Below are positions 55,154-63,721 of a stretch of DNA of 64,000 nucleotides, in pieces (the stretch's first letter is position 1; each line of letters begins with the position of its first letter). A program made the position numbers and the translations under genes. The stretch comes from a virus. The notes beneath the pieces were generated by a model. That model worked only from the letters and a program-made list of their open reading frames with translations. It did no database searches and had not been told where the DNA came from. The stretch spans positions 41,331 to 105,330 of IMG/VR virus record IMGVR_UViG_3300044491_002068. One strand, given 5' to 3'.

Positions 55154-56939
55154 TAACGTACTATCACGACTAAACCACACAACATCAGGAAAAGAACAAT
55201 GGGACGCAACCTGCCCATGTCGCAATGACGACGAGAACCCTTCACTACGTGTTTCTGTAGGCAAGCAAGGTCAAGTACTCATGAAGTGCCTACGGGGCGG
55301 AGGATGCGACCTTAACGAAATTTGTGACTCTATCGGTTTAGAGATGGGTGACCTTTTTCCTAAGGACACCAAAAAGCCAAAGAAGAGTAAACTGGAACTA
55401 GTAGAAGCCTACCCATACTTTGATGCTGACGGAATACTAGTCATGGAAGTTTTGAGGTATGCCGACGAAACAGGTAAGAAGACATTCAGACAGCGGCGAC
55501 CAAACGAAAGTGGAGGTTGGGAATGGTCAACCTCAGACATTGTAAAGCCACTTTATCGTTTACCTCAAGTTATTGCCGCAAAAGAAAACGGTCTACCAAT
55601 CTATGTAGTCGAAGGTGAGAAAGACGTACACAGCCTAGAAGCAGTAGGTAAGGTTGCAACAACTAATCCGGGTGGTGCAGGAGCAGAGGGCCAAAACAAG
55701 TGGATGCCTCATCACACAGAAGCGCTCGCTGGAGCAAAAGTAATCATTATTTGCGATAACGACGAACCGGGATACCTGCACGCCAGAGCAGTAAACAAGA
55801 CGTTGACAGAAGCCGGTTGTAAGGTTAAGGTCTTTAAGCCGGGGAAACACAAAGACGTAAGCGACATGCTTGCAGCAGGGGAAGACTTGACAAATGGACT
55901 TGTGCCATTTGATGAAACTGTTGAAATTCAAACAGAAGAAACTAGTAGCCCCCTCGCTACTTTGATTACCAATTTAAGTGAATTAAAGAACGCTAATGTA
56001 AGCAACAACGTTCTATTAGGAAGAGTCGCCGCACAGTTCGACTCATTCCTGTCAACAAAAGACGAAGAATACACAGACACCGGCAACCTTGTTGAGTGGA
56101 CACCGTTCCTTGAAACAGACGTTGACTTATCATACGATTGGGTTATCCCCAATGTACTGGAACGACAAGAGCGTGTAATTGTTGTTGCCGCCGAGGGTGC
56201 AGGTAAGACCACGCTAGCACGACAGGTTGCGCTAATGTCAGCCGCAGGCATCCATCCTTTCAGGAGGGACGCTATGCCGCCAGTACGTACTCTCATGATC
56301 GACCTAGAAAACCCAGAGCGAATTATTCGCCGTACATCCATGCGAATCTACGACAAAGTTAAATGGTTCGGTAAGCATGAGGACATGGACGCACATCTTC
56401 TCATGAAGCCAGATGGCGTGAACCTACTGACAGCAAAAGATCGTGCATTGATTGAAGAGCACGTTGCGGCAGTAGAGCCAGACATCCTGTTCTTCGGCCC
56501 ACTATACAAGTCATTCATTGACCCCGGTGGGCGCACAGCAGAATCAGTTTCAATTGAAATCGCACGGTTCTTAGATTACATTAGACACACCTATAACTGT
56601 GCTCTCTGGATTGAACACCACGCACCACTAGGTTCAGGCGGACAACGTGACCTTCGACCATTCGGGTCAGCAGTATGGTCACGATGGTCAGAATTTGGTC
56701 TAGCCCTATCCCCCGACCCTACCGATCCCGAACTTATCGAATTCAAGCACTACCGTGGACAGAGAGAAGCCCGAGAATGGCCTGCACTGTGCAAGCGGGG
56801 AGAGACATGGCCATTTGAAGTCGTAGAGTTTTCTCAATACCAAAACTCTGTCTCACCACAAGGCTCAGGGAGAAGCGACGAACAACTTAACGAGGCATAC
56901 CAAAACGAAGAGTTTGACGACGAAGTTACCCCGTGGTAA
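55140..56939 (+). CDS. Primase-helicase (Zn finger + TOPRIM + RecA-type AAA_25 ATPase)
   Basis: CPC..D.NPSL...C..GC; VVEGEKD, DNDEPG, KD.SD; AAEGAGKT, DLEN, HH, P.GS. Confidence 0.88.
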   Translation: MEPIDNVLSRLNHTTSGKEQWDATCPCRNDDENPSLRVSVGKQGQVLMKCLRGGGCDLNEICDSIGLEMGDLFPKDTKKPKKSKLELVEAYPYFDADGILVMEVLRYADETGKKTFRQRRPNESGGWEWSTSDIVKPLYRLPQVIAAKENGLPIYVVEGEKDVHSLEAVGKVATTNPGGAGAEGQNKWMPHHTEALAGAKVIIICDNDEPGYLHARAVNKTLTEAGCKVKVFKPGKHKDVSDMLAAGEDLTNGLVPFDETVEIQTEETSSPLATLITNLSELKNANVSNNVLLGRVAAQFDSFLSTKDEEYTDTGNLVEWTPFLETDVDLSYDWVIPNVLERQERVIVVAAEGAGKTTLARQVALMSAAGIHPFRRDAMPPVRTLMIDLENPERIIRRTSMRIYDKVKWFGKHEDMDAHLLMKPDGVNLLTAKDRALIEEHVAAVEPDILFFGPLYKSFIDPGGRTAESVSIEIARFLDYIRHTYNCALWIEHHAPLGSGGQRDLRPFGSAVWSRWSEFGLALSPDPTDPELIEFKHYRGQREAREWPALCKRGETWPFEVVEFSQYQNSVSPQGSGRSDEQLNEAYQNEEFDDEVTPW

Positions 56940-56987
56940 CACCCTAAATATTTGACACACCACCAAAAGAAGGTGTAAAATACAAGT

Positions 56988-57070
56988 ATCGCTCAAATAC
57001 ACAATAACACCATTGGTATTTCCTCCAGCGATGTTAGCCCCGGCAAAACCTGCTGGGGCTAACTTATTTC
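56988..57070 (+). ncRNA. Candidate sRNA with a bulged CCUCC
   Basis: TTGACA-N18-TAAAAT promoter (56952-56981), nested stem, then a 13-bp terminator hairpin at 57033-57063. Confidence 0.6.
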
Positions 57071-57153
57071 TGACATAGCAGATTTGCTAAACGCACCGAA
57101 CTGTGGTATACTGGCTGACAGCAGTAAACAACTGTCAAAACAAAAGGAGCAAA

Positions 57154-57756
57154 ATGACCACAAACGAATACGCAGTTTTTCTTGACGTTGATGGAGTAAT
57201 CAACAGCCTAAACCACCTGTATCAAGGCGGAAAAGTTAAGTTTGACTACCACACACAGCCACACGTTGCAGGACAATACACTGTATGGGTTCCAGAATAC
57301 ATGGGACCCCTCGTACAAGCCATCGAAGCAAGTTCCGACCTGTACTGGCTTACCACATGGCGAGAGAAGGCCAACGAGCACATCTCACCAATCCTAAACA
57401 TCTCTTCCAGCACCAAGGTGATTGACGACGGCACCAATATTCGCACTGTATCGTGGAAGTACAACGCATGTCTAGACATCGCCAAGCAACTCAGCGAAGA
57501 CGGAAAGACCGTACTGTGGATCGAAGACTTCGGAGGACGCCACTACGACAAGCGACACAAGCAGTACTTGACCTATGTTGACACCGACGCACGCAATGAA
57601 GGAGTATTCCTCCCTCAGCACCTGCCAGCAGACTTCATGAGTCACATCATAAAGAATGGCGGATACACCGGCCCGACACACGTCGCCGCCCCCAACGAGA
57701 CTGGTAAGCCTAGCGCATACGCAATCTACCGTGACACACACGGGGTGACCGCCTGA
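57154..57756 (+). CDS. HAD-family phosphatase (Swiss-Army-knife type)
   Basis: FLDVDGV, W.TTW, WK, WIED. Confidence 0.75.
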   Translation: MTTNEYAVFLDVDGVINSLNHLYQGGKVKFDYHTQPHVAGQYTVWVPEYMGPLVQAIEASSDLYWLTTWREKANEHISPILNISSSTKVIDDGTNIRTVSWKYNACLDIAKQLSEDGKTVLWIEDFGGRHYDKRHKQYLTYVDTDARNEGVFLPQHLPADFMSHIIKNGGYTGPTHVAAPNETGKPSAYAIYRDTHGVTA

Positions 57757-58436
57757 TGACAAACGAACTATCAGTACTATCAGGAGGATTTGTCCGACTA
57801 GATGCCGTCAACGCCGACGACCTCAGCGTAGTGAACGCCGCACGAGTAAGTTTTGGGAAAAAGTCAGACACAATGACAGACGCAGACGACGGACTCGTAG
57901 GATTCCTGATGCGAGAAAAGCATGGAACACCATTCGAACACAACTTCTTCAGGTTCCACGTAAAGGCACCAATATTTGTAGTCAGAGAATGGTTCAGGCA
58001 CCGCATCGGATGGTCATACAACGAATACTCTGGCAGATACAGCGAAATCCCCACAGAAGCATACCTCCCCACAGGAGAGCAAATGCGAACCCAAACAGGG
58101 AAACCCGGAGCATACACGTTTGAACCAATGGAAAACGGTCAGTTCTCACAAGACAGAATCAAACTGTCCTACATGCAATCATTCGGCGCATACGAAAAAC
58201 TCCTAGAAGAAGGAGTAGCAAAAGAAGTAGCACGGATGGTACTACCAGTAGCGACATACACCGAATTTTACGCCACCACAAACGCACGGGCACTAATGAA
58301 CTTTATCAGTCTCCGAGGAGACCAAACCGCACAATGGGAAATCAGGCAATACTCAAACGCCCTAGAATACTTCCTATCAGAAAACATGCCCGCAACATAC
58401 AGACACTTTAAGAACAACGAAAATCAAGCACCCTGA
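57756..58436 (+). CDS. thyX: Flavin-dependent thymidylate synthase
   Basis: NAARVSF, HGTPFEH, REWFRHR..SYNEYSGRY, EVAR.VLP, AQWEIR. Confidence 0.96.
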   Translation: MTNELSVLSGGFVRLDAVNADDLSVVNAARVSFGKKSDTMTDADDGLVGFLMREKHGTPFEHNFFRFHVKAPIFVVREWFRHRIGWSYNEYSGRYSEIPTEAYLPTGEQMRTQTGKPGAYTFEPMENGQFSQDRIKLSYMQSFGAYEKLLEEGVAKEVARMVLPVATYTEFYATTNARALMNFISLRGDQTAQWEIRQYSNALEYFLSENMPATYRHFKNNENQAP

Positions 58437-58447
58437 AAGAGAGCAAA

Positions 58448-59314
58448 ATGAAATACAACCACAAAATTTTTTGGAACGATAAATACACAGGAGCCGAATA
58501 CGCATTCGACACCACCCGCAAAAGCGCAGAAATCGTGGAAGCAATCGGAACCCAAAACATTAGCGACCCCCAAGAACAAGTAGCCGAAGCCGAAAAGCAA
58601 ATAGGCTTAGCACTAACAAACGAATACTTCGACGCATTACAATACGGAACCCCGCTTTTCCTATCAGAAAGCAACGGATTCAAGTGGGACTACGGCATCT
58701 ACCAAATGGCCATCAACTCCACAGCAGGAGTAATGTCTGCAGTCCAGCACGCCCTAGACAACAACACCGTAGCAGGAAGCCTATCGTCAGGACTGCACCA
58801 CGCAAACCACGAACGGGGAATGGGATTCTGCACAGTCAACGGACTAGGAGTAGTCGCAAACTGGCTACAAAACCTTCACATCACCATCCTAGACTTCGAC
58901 GCACACTGCGGAGGAGGCACAGTAAGCATGATTCGGCACCACGGAATGCAAGACAGAGTTGAAGAGTACGACATCTCAACTAACAAGTTTGACGACTACG
59001 AAGAAGACAGTACCCACAACATCCGCATCGCAACAAACGACGCACAGTACTTAAAGACCGTAGATCAAACACTAGACGGCATCAAGCCCGACACAGAACT
59101 CGTATTGTACAATGCGGGAACAGACCCACATCCAAGAATTACACATGATGCACTAGCAGAACGGGACCGTACAGTATTCCAATGGGCAAAAGACAACAAC
59201 AAGCCCATCGCATACGTCCTAGCAGGCGGATACACCATGTCACAAACAATGGAAGAACTCGTTCAATCACACATCAACACCCTAGATGCCGCTGACAGCA
59301 CCATTCAATTGTGA
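58448..59314 (+). CDS. Histone-deacetylase-family (Zn-dependent) deacetylase
   Basis: GLHHA....GFC..N, ILDFDAH.G.GT, YNAG.DP, VLAGGY. Confidence 0.88.
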   Translation: MKYNHKIFWNDKYTGAEYAFDTTRKSAEIVEAIGTQNISDPQEQVAEAEKQIGLALTNEYFDALQYGTPLFLSESNGFKWDYGIYQMAINSTAGVMSAVQHALDNNTVAGSLSSGLHHANHERGMGFCTVNGLGVVANWLQNLHITILDFDAHCGGGTVSMIRHHGMQDRVEEYDISTNKFDDYEEDSTHNIRIATNDAQYLKTVDQTLDGIKPDTELVLYNAGTDPHPRITHDALAERDRTVFQWAKDNNKPIAYVLAGGYTMSQTMEELVQSHINTLDAADSTIQL

Positions 59315-59326
59315 TAAACTAAAAAC

Positions 59327-60292
59327 ATGAACGAAATCACAGTCATAGACAACTACGAATACAACGGTGAAAGAACAGACACCGCCGGATTCTACGAAAA
59401 ATATGGCTTCGCAGTTATCCCCAACGCAGTCCCCGACACGTCACTAGACATGTACGGGGATTGTTGGGATGCAAACTTCAACACCCCCGACAACCCCCAC
59501 TTCGTAGGCTGGGAAGACGACAAAGCATACATGCACGTCCCAGAACTAAAAGAAGTACTCTGCCACAAAGGCGTAAACGACTTCTTCAGAAAAATCGACA
59601 TCGCAGTAGCGCTACACGTAACAAAAACACGGATGAACGTTCAACACACAGGATGGCACCACGACGCAACCCACCCACACGAAATAGGCCCAAAAAACTA
59701 TGTAGGCGGACTCGTAGCATTAGGTGACTGCAACGAAACAAACGGCGCAATCGAAGTAATCCCCGGATCACACAAATGGGACCTCAACTACCGAGAACGA
59801 TACAGCAACCCAGACAAAAGCGGATTCATCCACGGAGACGAATTCGAAGAACACCGACAAAAAATAAACGCACCCATCGTACAAATCCACGCCCAAAAAG
59901 GCGACCTGCAAGTATGGCACGGACGATCCGTACACCGAGCATCACAACCAACAGACAACACTACACGCAGACCAGCAGTAGTAGCACACTGGTGCAACAG
60001 GCTCGTAGCCGAAGAAGAAGTAGAAAAAGCAGGAGGACACGTCCCCTACGACACAATGGCAGACGACCTACTCACAAACAAATCAAGATCAAACGAACAC
60101 TTCTTCCAACGATGGGGAGAAGACGGCGGATTCTATTACCCCAACTGCACCATCACACGCACATGGCTAAGCAGAACCCACCCAGAAGTACCATACGACA
60201 AAGTACTATGGGAAGAACTACCATCATACGGAATTTACCCCACAGACGGAGACCCAAACCTCCTACTCCCAGACGGCGGCGGACAATACTAA
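59327..60292 (+). CDS. PhyH-family 2OG-Fe(II) dioxygenase
   Basis: WHHD, VALGD....NGA..VIPGSH, GDL.VWHG..VH; leaderless CTGACA-N17-TAAACT-N6-ATG. Confidence 0.82.
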   Translation: MNEITVIDNYEYNGERTDTAGFYEKYGFAVIPNAVPDTSLDMYGDCWDANFNTPDNPHFVGWEDDKAYMHVPELKEVLCHKGVNDFFRKIDIAVALHVTKTRMNVQHTGWHHDATHPHEIGPKNYVGGLVALGDCNETNGAIEVIPGSHKWDLNYRERYSNPDKSGFIHGDEFEEHRQKINAPIVQIHAQKGDLQVWHGRSVHRASQPTDNTTRRPAVVAHWCNRLVAEEEVEKAGGHVPYDTMADDLLTNKSRSNEHFFQRWGEDGGFYYPNCTITRTWLSRTHPEVPYDKVLWEELPSYGIYPTDGDPNLLLPDGGGQY

Positions 60293-60300
60293 ACTCCGAC

Positions 60301-60912
60301 ATGCACACAGAAATAACACAACACCCACTAATACAACTCAACGCCTACACACGCACACTCACAGGAATCAACAACGAAAAAATTACACAACAAATACTCA
60401 ACGACTCCACACCAGTAGACCCAAACCTACAACTACACAACCACCACAACCCACACCACACCTACTACGAAGACGTACTACCCCCACGCACCCCCGAAAT
60501 AACACAACTAGAAAACGAAATAAAAACAACAATCGAAACAATAACCAACCAACAATACAAAATAACAGAACTCTGGTCAATCACAACACACCCCGGCCAA
60601 TCAATAATCACACACAACCACAAACTCAACACACACCTACACCCCGAAGAATACTACTCATTCGCATACTACCCTTACGCCCCAAAAGGTTCAAACCCGT
60701 TACAATTCCAAATCAACCACAGCAACACAATAGACCAAATAGTTAGCATCCCAGTCGAAACAGGAAAACTCATAATATTCAACTCGTACATAAACCACCA
60801 CACACAACGCCAACACAACAACGACATACGAATAAACATAAGCGGAAACCTGTCACCACAAACACCCAGAACAACACCAAACAACGACTGGACCCCATAC
60901 CACACCCGATAA
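60301..60912 (+). CDS. Putative 2OG-Fe(II) oxygenase
   Basis: W.....PG....H.H, S..YY, G.LIIF.S...H.......RI.IS.N. The true start is ATG 60301, not the track start at 59776. Confidence 0.7.
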   Translation: MHTEITQHPLIQLNAYTRTLTGINNEKITQQILNDSTPVDPNLQLHNHHNPHHTYYEDVLPPRTPEITQLENEIKTTIETITNQQYKITELWSITTHPGQSIITHNHKLNTHLHPEEYYSFAYYPYAPKGSNPLQFQINHSNTIDQIVSIPVETGKLIIFNSYINHHTQRQHNNDIRINISGNLSPQTPRTTPNNDWTPYHTR

Positions 60913-60949
60913 ATTTGCCAACCACAACAAAATATGGTAAAATAGCGGC

Positions 60950-61270
60950 ATGGAACCATACGGAACACTCCCAACCTACACAGACACAGTAGACTACCTC
61001 ACCGAAGCAAACCCAGAAGCCCTCTACGCAGACGGCCTAGAAGAAGCCTGCATCGGACACACCGAAATCTACAAAACACACCCACGAGGCGGAAAATATA
61101 AACTACCCCTCGCCGTATACAGCAAACAAAAAATAATTAAACTACTCATCGAACGAGACGGCATGACCAACGAAGAAGCCGAAGAATACGCAGAATACAA
61201 CATTTACAGCGCATACATGGGCGACCACACACCCCTCTACCTAGACGAAACATACCACGTCAACCTGTAA
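60950..61270 (+). CDS. Conserved phage hypothetical protein
   Basis: ADG.E.A.IG, VYS..KII..L...DGMT.EEA.EY..YNI..AY.G..TP; leaderless TTGCCA-N17-TAAAAT-N6-ATG. Confidence 0.75.
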   Translation: MEPYGTLPTYTDTVDYLTEANPEALYADGLEEACIGHTEIYKTHPRGGKYKLPLAVYSKQKIIKLLIERDGMTNEEAEEYAEYNIYSAYMGDHTPLYLDETYHVNL

Positions 61271-63157
61271 ATGAAAAAACTGTACCTAGACGGCACAAAA
61301 CTCGTCCTCAAAACACCCTACAACAAAGACGAAATAACAGCCCTAAAAACATCGTTCCCCAACGCCCGCTGGGACAAACTCAACAAACACTGGACACTAC
61401 CCCTCAACACCCTGAAACAAGCAATCATCTTCGCCAACTCATGGAACATAGACGTGGACGAAGAACTCATCCACCTACAACTACCCGACCACCCAATAGG
61501 CGAAACCACCATACGACTCGAAAAAAACATCCTAAAAATCAACGTCCCCTACGACACCCTACAAATCAGCGACCTCAAATCCATCCCCGGCATCAAATGG
61601 AACCCCCAACACAACCAATGGGAAACACCATACACAAACGTCCACGAACTCATCCAATGGGCAACCAAATACAACCACCCAATACCCCAACACATCCAAA
61701 CACAAGCACAAATCGAAACCAAAAAAGCACAACACGCCCAAGAACTCACACAAGCCACCGACGCAAACATAACCATACCCACACTCCAACTAGACCTCTA
61801 CCCATACCAAAAAGCAGGCGTACAATACGCCACCGAAAAACAACGCACCTTCATCGCAGACGAAATGGGCCTCGGCAAAAGCCTCCAAGCCCTCGCCACC
61901 ACAGAACACACCAACCAATACCCAGCCCTCATCGTATGCCCAACCAGCCTCACAGAAGACTGGAAAACAAAAATCGAACAAGCCCTACCACACCGCACCA
62001 CCCAAACCATCGAAGGCCGCAAAACCCCCAACATGACCGAAACCGACTACACCATAATCGGCTACCCCAACATACACACACAAAAACAACACCTCAACAA
62101 CCAAAACTACAACACCCTCATCCTAGACGAATCACACTACTGCAAAAACCCAGACGCCCAACGAACAAAAGCCGCCAAAAACCTAGCCAAAAACATCCCA
62201 AACACCGGCAACATCCTACTCCTCACCGGCACCCCCATCACCAACATGCCAGCAGAATACGCCCCACAACTAGAAATCCTAGGCCACATAGAACAATTCG
62301 GCGGCAAATGGAACTTCTACAAACGCTACTGCGGAGCATACCGAGACAACTGGGGACACTGGCAAACCCACGGAGCCACCAACCAACAAGAACTCCTACA
62401 AAAACTACAAACAATCTGCTACATCCGCAGAGAAAAACAACACGTCCTCCCCGACCTACCCCCAATCACATACAACACCATCCACACCACAATGGACAAA
62501 AAACACCGCACCATGTACAACCACGCCCTCAACGACCTCCAAGAATGGTACACCCAACAACAAGAACAACTCGCCATCCAACAAGGCAACAACCCAAACC
62601 AAGCCCGAATCCGAGCACACTACGCCACCCAAAACTACGAAAACCTCATCCAACTCACAGAACTCAGAAAAATCGCCGCCCTCAGCAAAATCACCCACGC
62701 CCTAGAATGGACAGAAAACGCAAACAACCAAGGACAAAAAATCGTCATAGCCGCCCACCACCGCCACATAGTACAAACCCTAGCAAACGAACTCAACGCC
62801 CCAATGATCATAGGCGGACAACCACCAAAAGACACCGAAAAAGCAAAACACCAATTCCAAAACAACCCCAACACCAAAAACATCATCATCTCAATAGACG
62901 CCGCCGCACACGGACACACCCTCACCACATCACACAACATGCTATTCATCGAAGCACCATGGACCCCCGCCAAATACCACCAAACATGCGCCCGAATCCA
63001 CAGAATAGGACAAACCCAACCAGCAACAATCCACAACCTCATAAACCCAAACACAATCGACACACACATCTACCAAACCCTACAAAACAAAACCCAAAAA
63101 ACACAACCAGCCATAACACCAACAGCCATCCAAAACATACTCAACACCAAACCCTGA
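61271..63157 (+). CDS. SNF2-family helicase with two N-terminal HARP-like repeats
   Basis: LYPYQ..G, ADEMGLGKS, LDESH, LTGTP..N, RIHRIGQ; duplicated PY....LK..P..W.....W..P. Confidence 0.88.
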   Translation: MKKLYLDGTKLVLKTPYNKDEITALKTSFPNARWDKLNKHWTLPLNTLKQAIIFANSWNIDVDEELIHLQLPDHPIGETTIRLEKNILKINVPYDTLQISDLKSIPGIKWNPQHNQWETPYTNVHELIQWATKYNHPIPQHIQTQAQIETKKAQHAQELTQATDANITIPTLQLDLYPYQKAGVQYATEKQRTFIADEMGLGKSLQALATTEHTNQYPALIVCPTSLTEDWKTKIEQALPHRTTQTIEGRKTPNMTETDYTIIGYPNIHTQKQHLNNQNYNTLILDESHYCKNPDAQRTKAAKNLAKNIPNTGNILLLTGTPITNMPAEYAPQLEILGHIEQFGGKWNFYKRYCGAYRDNWGHWQTHGATNQQELLQKLQTICYIRREKQHVLPDLPPITYNTIHTTMDKKHRTMYNHALNDLQEWYTQQQEQLAIQQGNNPNQARIRAHYATQNYENLIQLTELRKIAALSKITHALEWTENANNQGQKIVIAAHHRHIVQTLANELNAPMIIGGQPPKDTEKAKHQFQNNPNTKNIIISIDAAAHGHTLTTSHNMLFIEAPWTPAKYHQTCARIHRIGQTQPATIHNLINPNTIDTHIYQTLQNKTQKTQPAITPTAIQNILNTKP

Positions 63158-63252
63158 CATAACACAAACCGAACAACACCATAAAAATATAGCACACCAG
63201 CCCCAAGGGGGTTGATTCGGGGTCGAAAAGTTTGCGGGACTACCTCGGTTTG

Positions 63253-63283
63253 TCGAACAGGTGTTCGTCGAACGTATGTTCTG
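63253..63283. promoter_or_regulatory. Two tandem actinobacterial LexA (SOS) boxes
   Basis: TCGAACAGGTGTTCGT and TCGAACGTATGTTCTG versus the consensus TCGAAC-N4-GTTCGA. Confidence 0.75.
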
Positions 63284-63552
63284 TGGATAACTCTGTTGAT
63301 AACTCGGGTGTTCTGTGGATAACTCGGTCGTTTGACTGTGGATAAGTCCCGACTTGTCCACAAGTTGGCTGTGGATAACTTAACGATTTTTAGGTGCCGG
63401 TATTCCGTTACGAGTTCGGAGTTTTCCACAGGGTTTTCCACAGGGTTGTGGACAACTTCGGGTGGTTTTCTGTGGATAATGGCCTAGTTTTCCACAAGTT
63501 TTTGTGGATAACTTTAGTAGTTTTTACTAAACTGTGGATAAGTTGGGGATAA
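63282..63552. repeat. Array of 14 DnaA boxes (oriC-like or DnaA-titrating)
   Basis: 7x TGTGGATAA, 2x TTGTCCACA-type, 3x TTTTCCACA and 2 other one-mismatch boxes. Confidence 0.92.
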
Positions 63553-63721
63553 CGTGGACTGATGATCGGTAGCGGGTGTCCGTTTCGTTCGTCATTGCCT
63601 ACATAGTGCAGCCGATATGTGACAATACCGGAAGGGTCGCCGGTTCGGTGTCGGTTGCTCTTTCGGGTGTCCGTGTCGTCTCTGCCGATTGTCTCCCGCT
63701 ATGGCGAGTGTATGGCGAGTA

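Noticed and set aside
14145-56939. Inteins or introns in nrdJ, terL, recA or the primase-helicase
   Set aside because: Lengths are normal and motifs contiguous; no intein splice motifs seen.
47990-59314. Host chromosomal DNA (recA, ssb, tdk, thyX)
   Set aside because: These genes are interleaved with holins, HNH and a phage primase-helicase, and lack bacterial neighbours such as recX or rpsF/rpsR. No integrase or att site was seen.
61441-63162. 573-aa overlapping ORF, and the 59776-60300 N-terminal extension
   Set aside because: Artefact of T depletion at third codon positions, which removes stops in the shifted frame; low-complexity P/T/R/H/Q product.
63282-63552. CRISPR array or phage iterons
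   Set aside because: Units are 9-bp DnaA consensus boxes in both orientations with irregular spacing; no 25-40-bp repeats with unique spacers.
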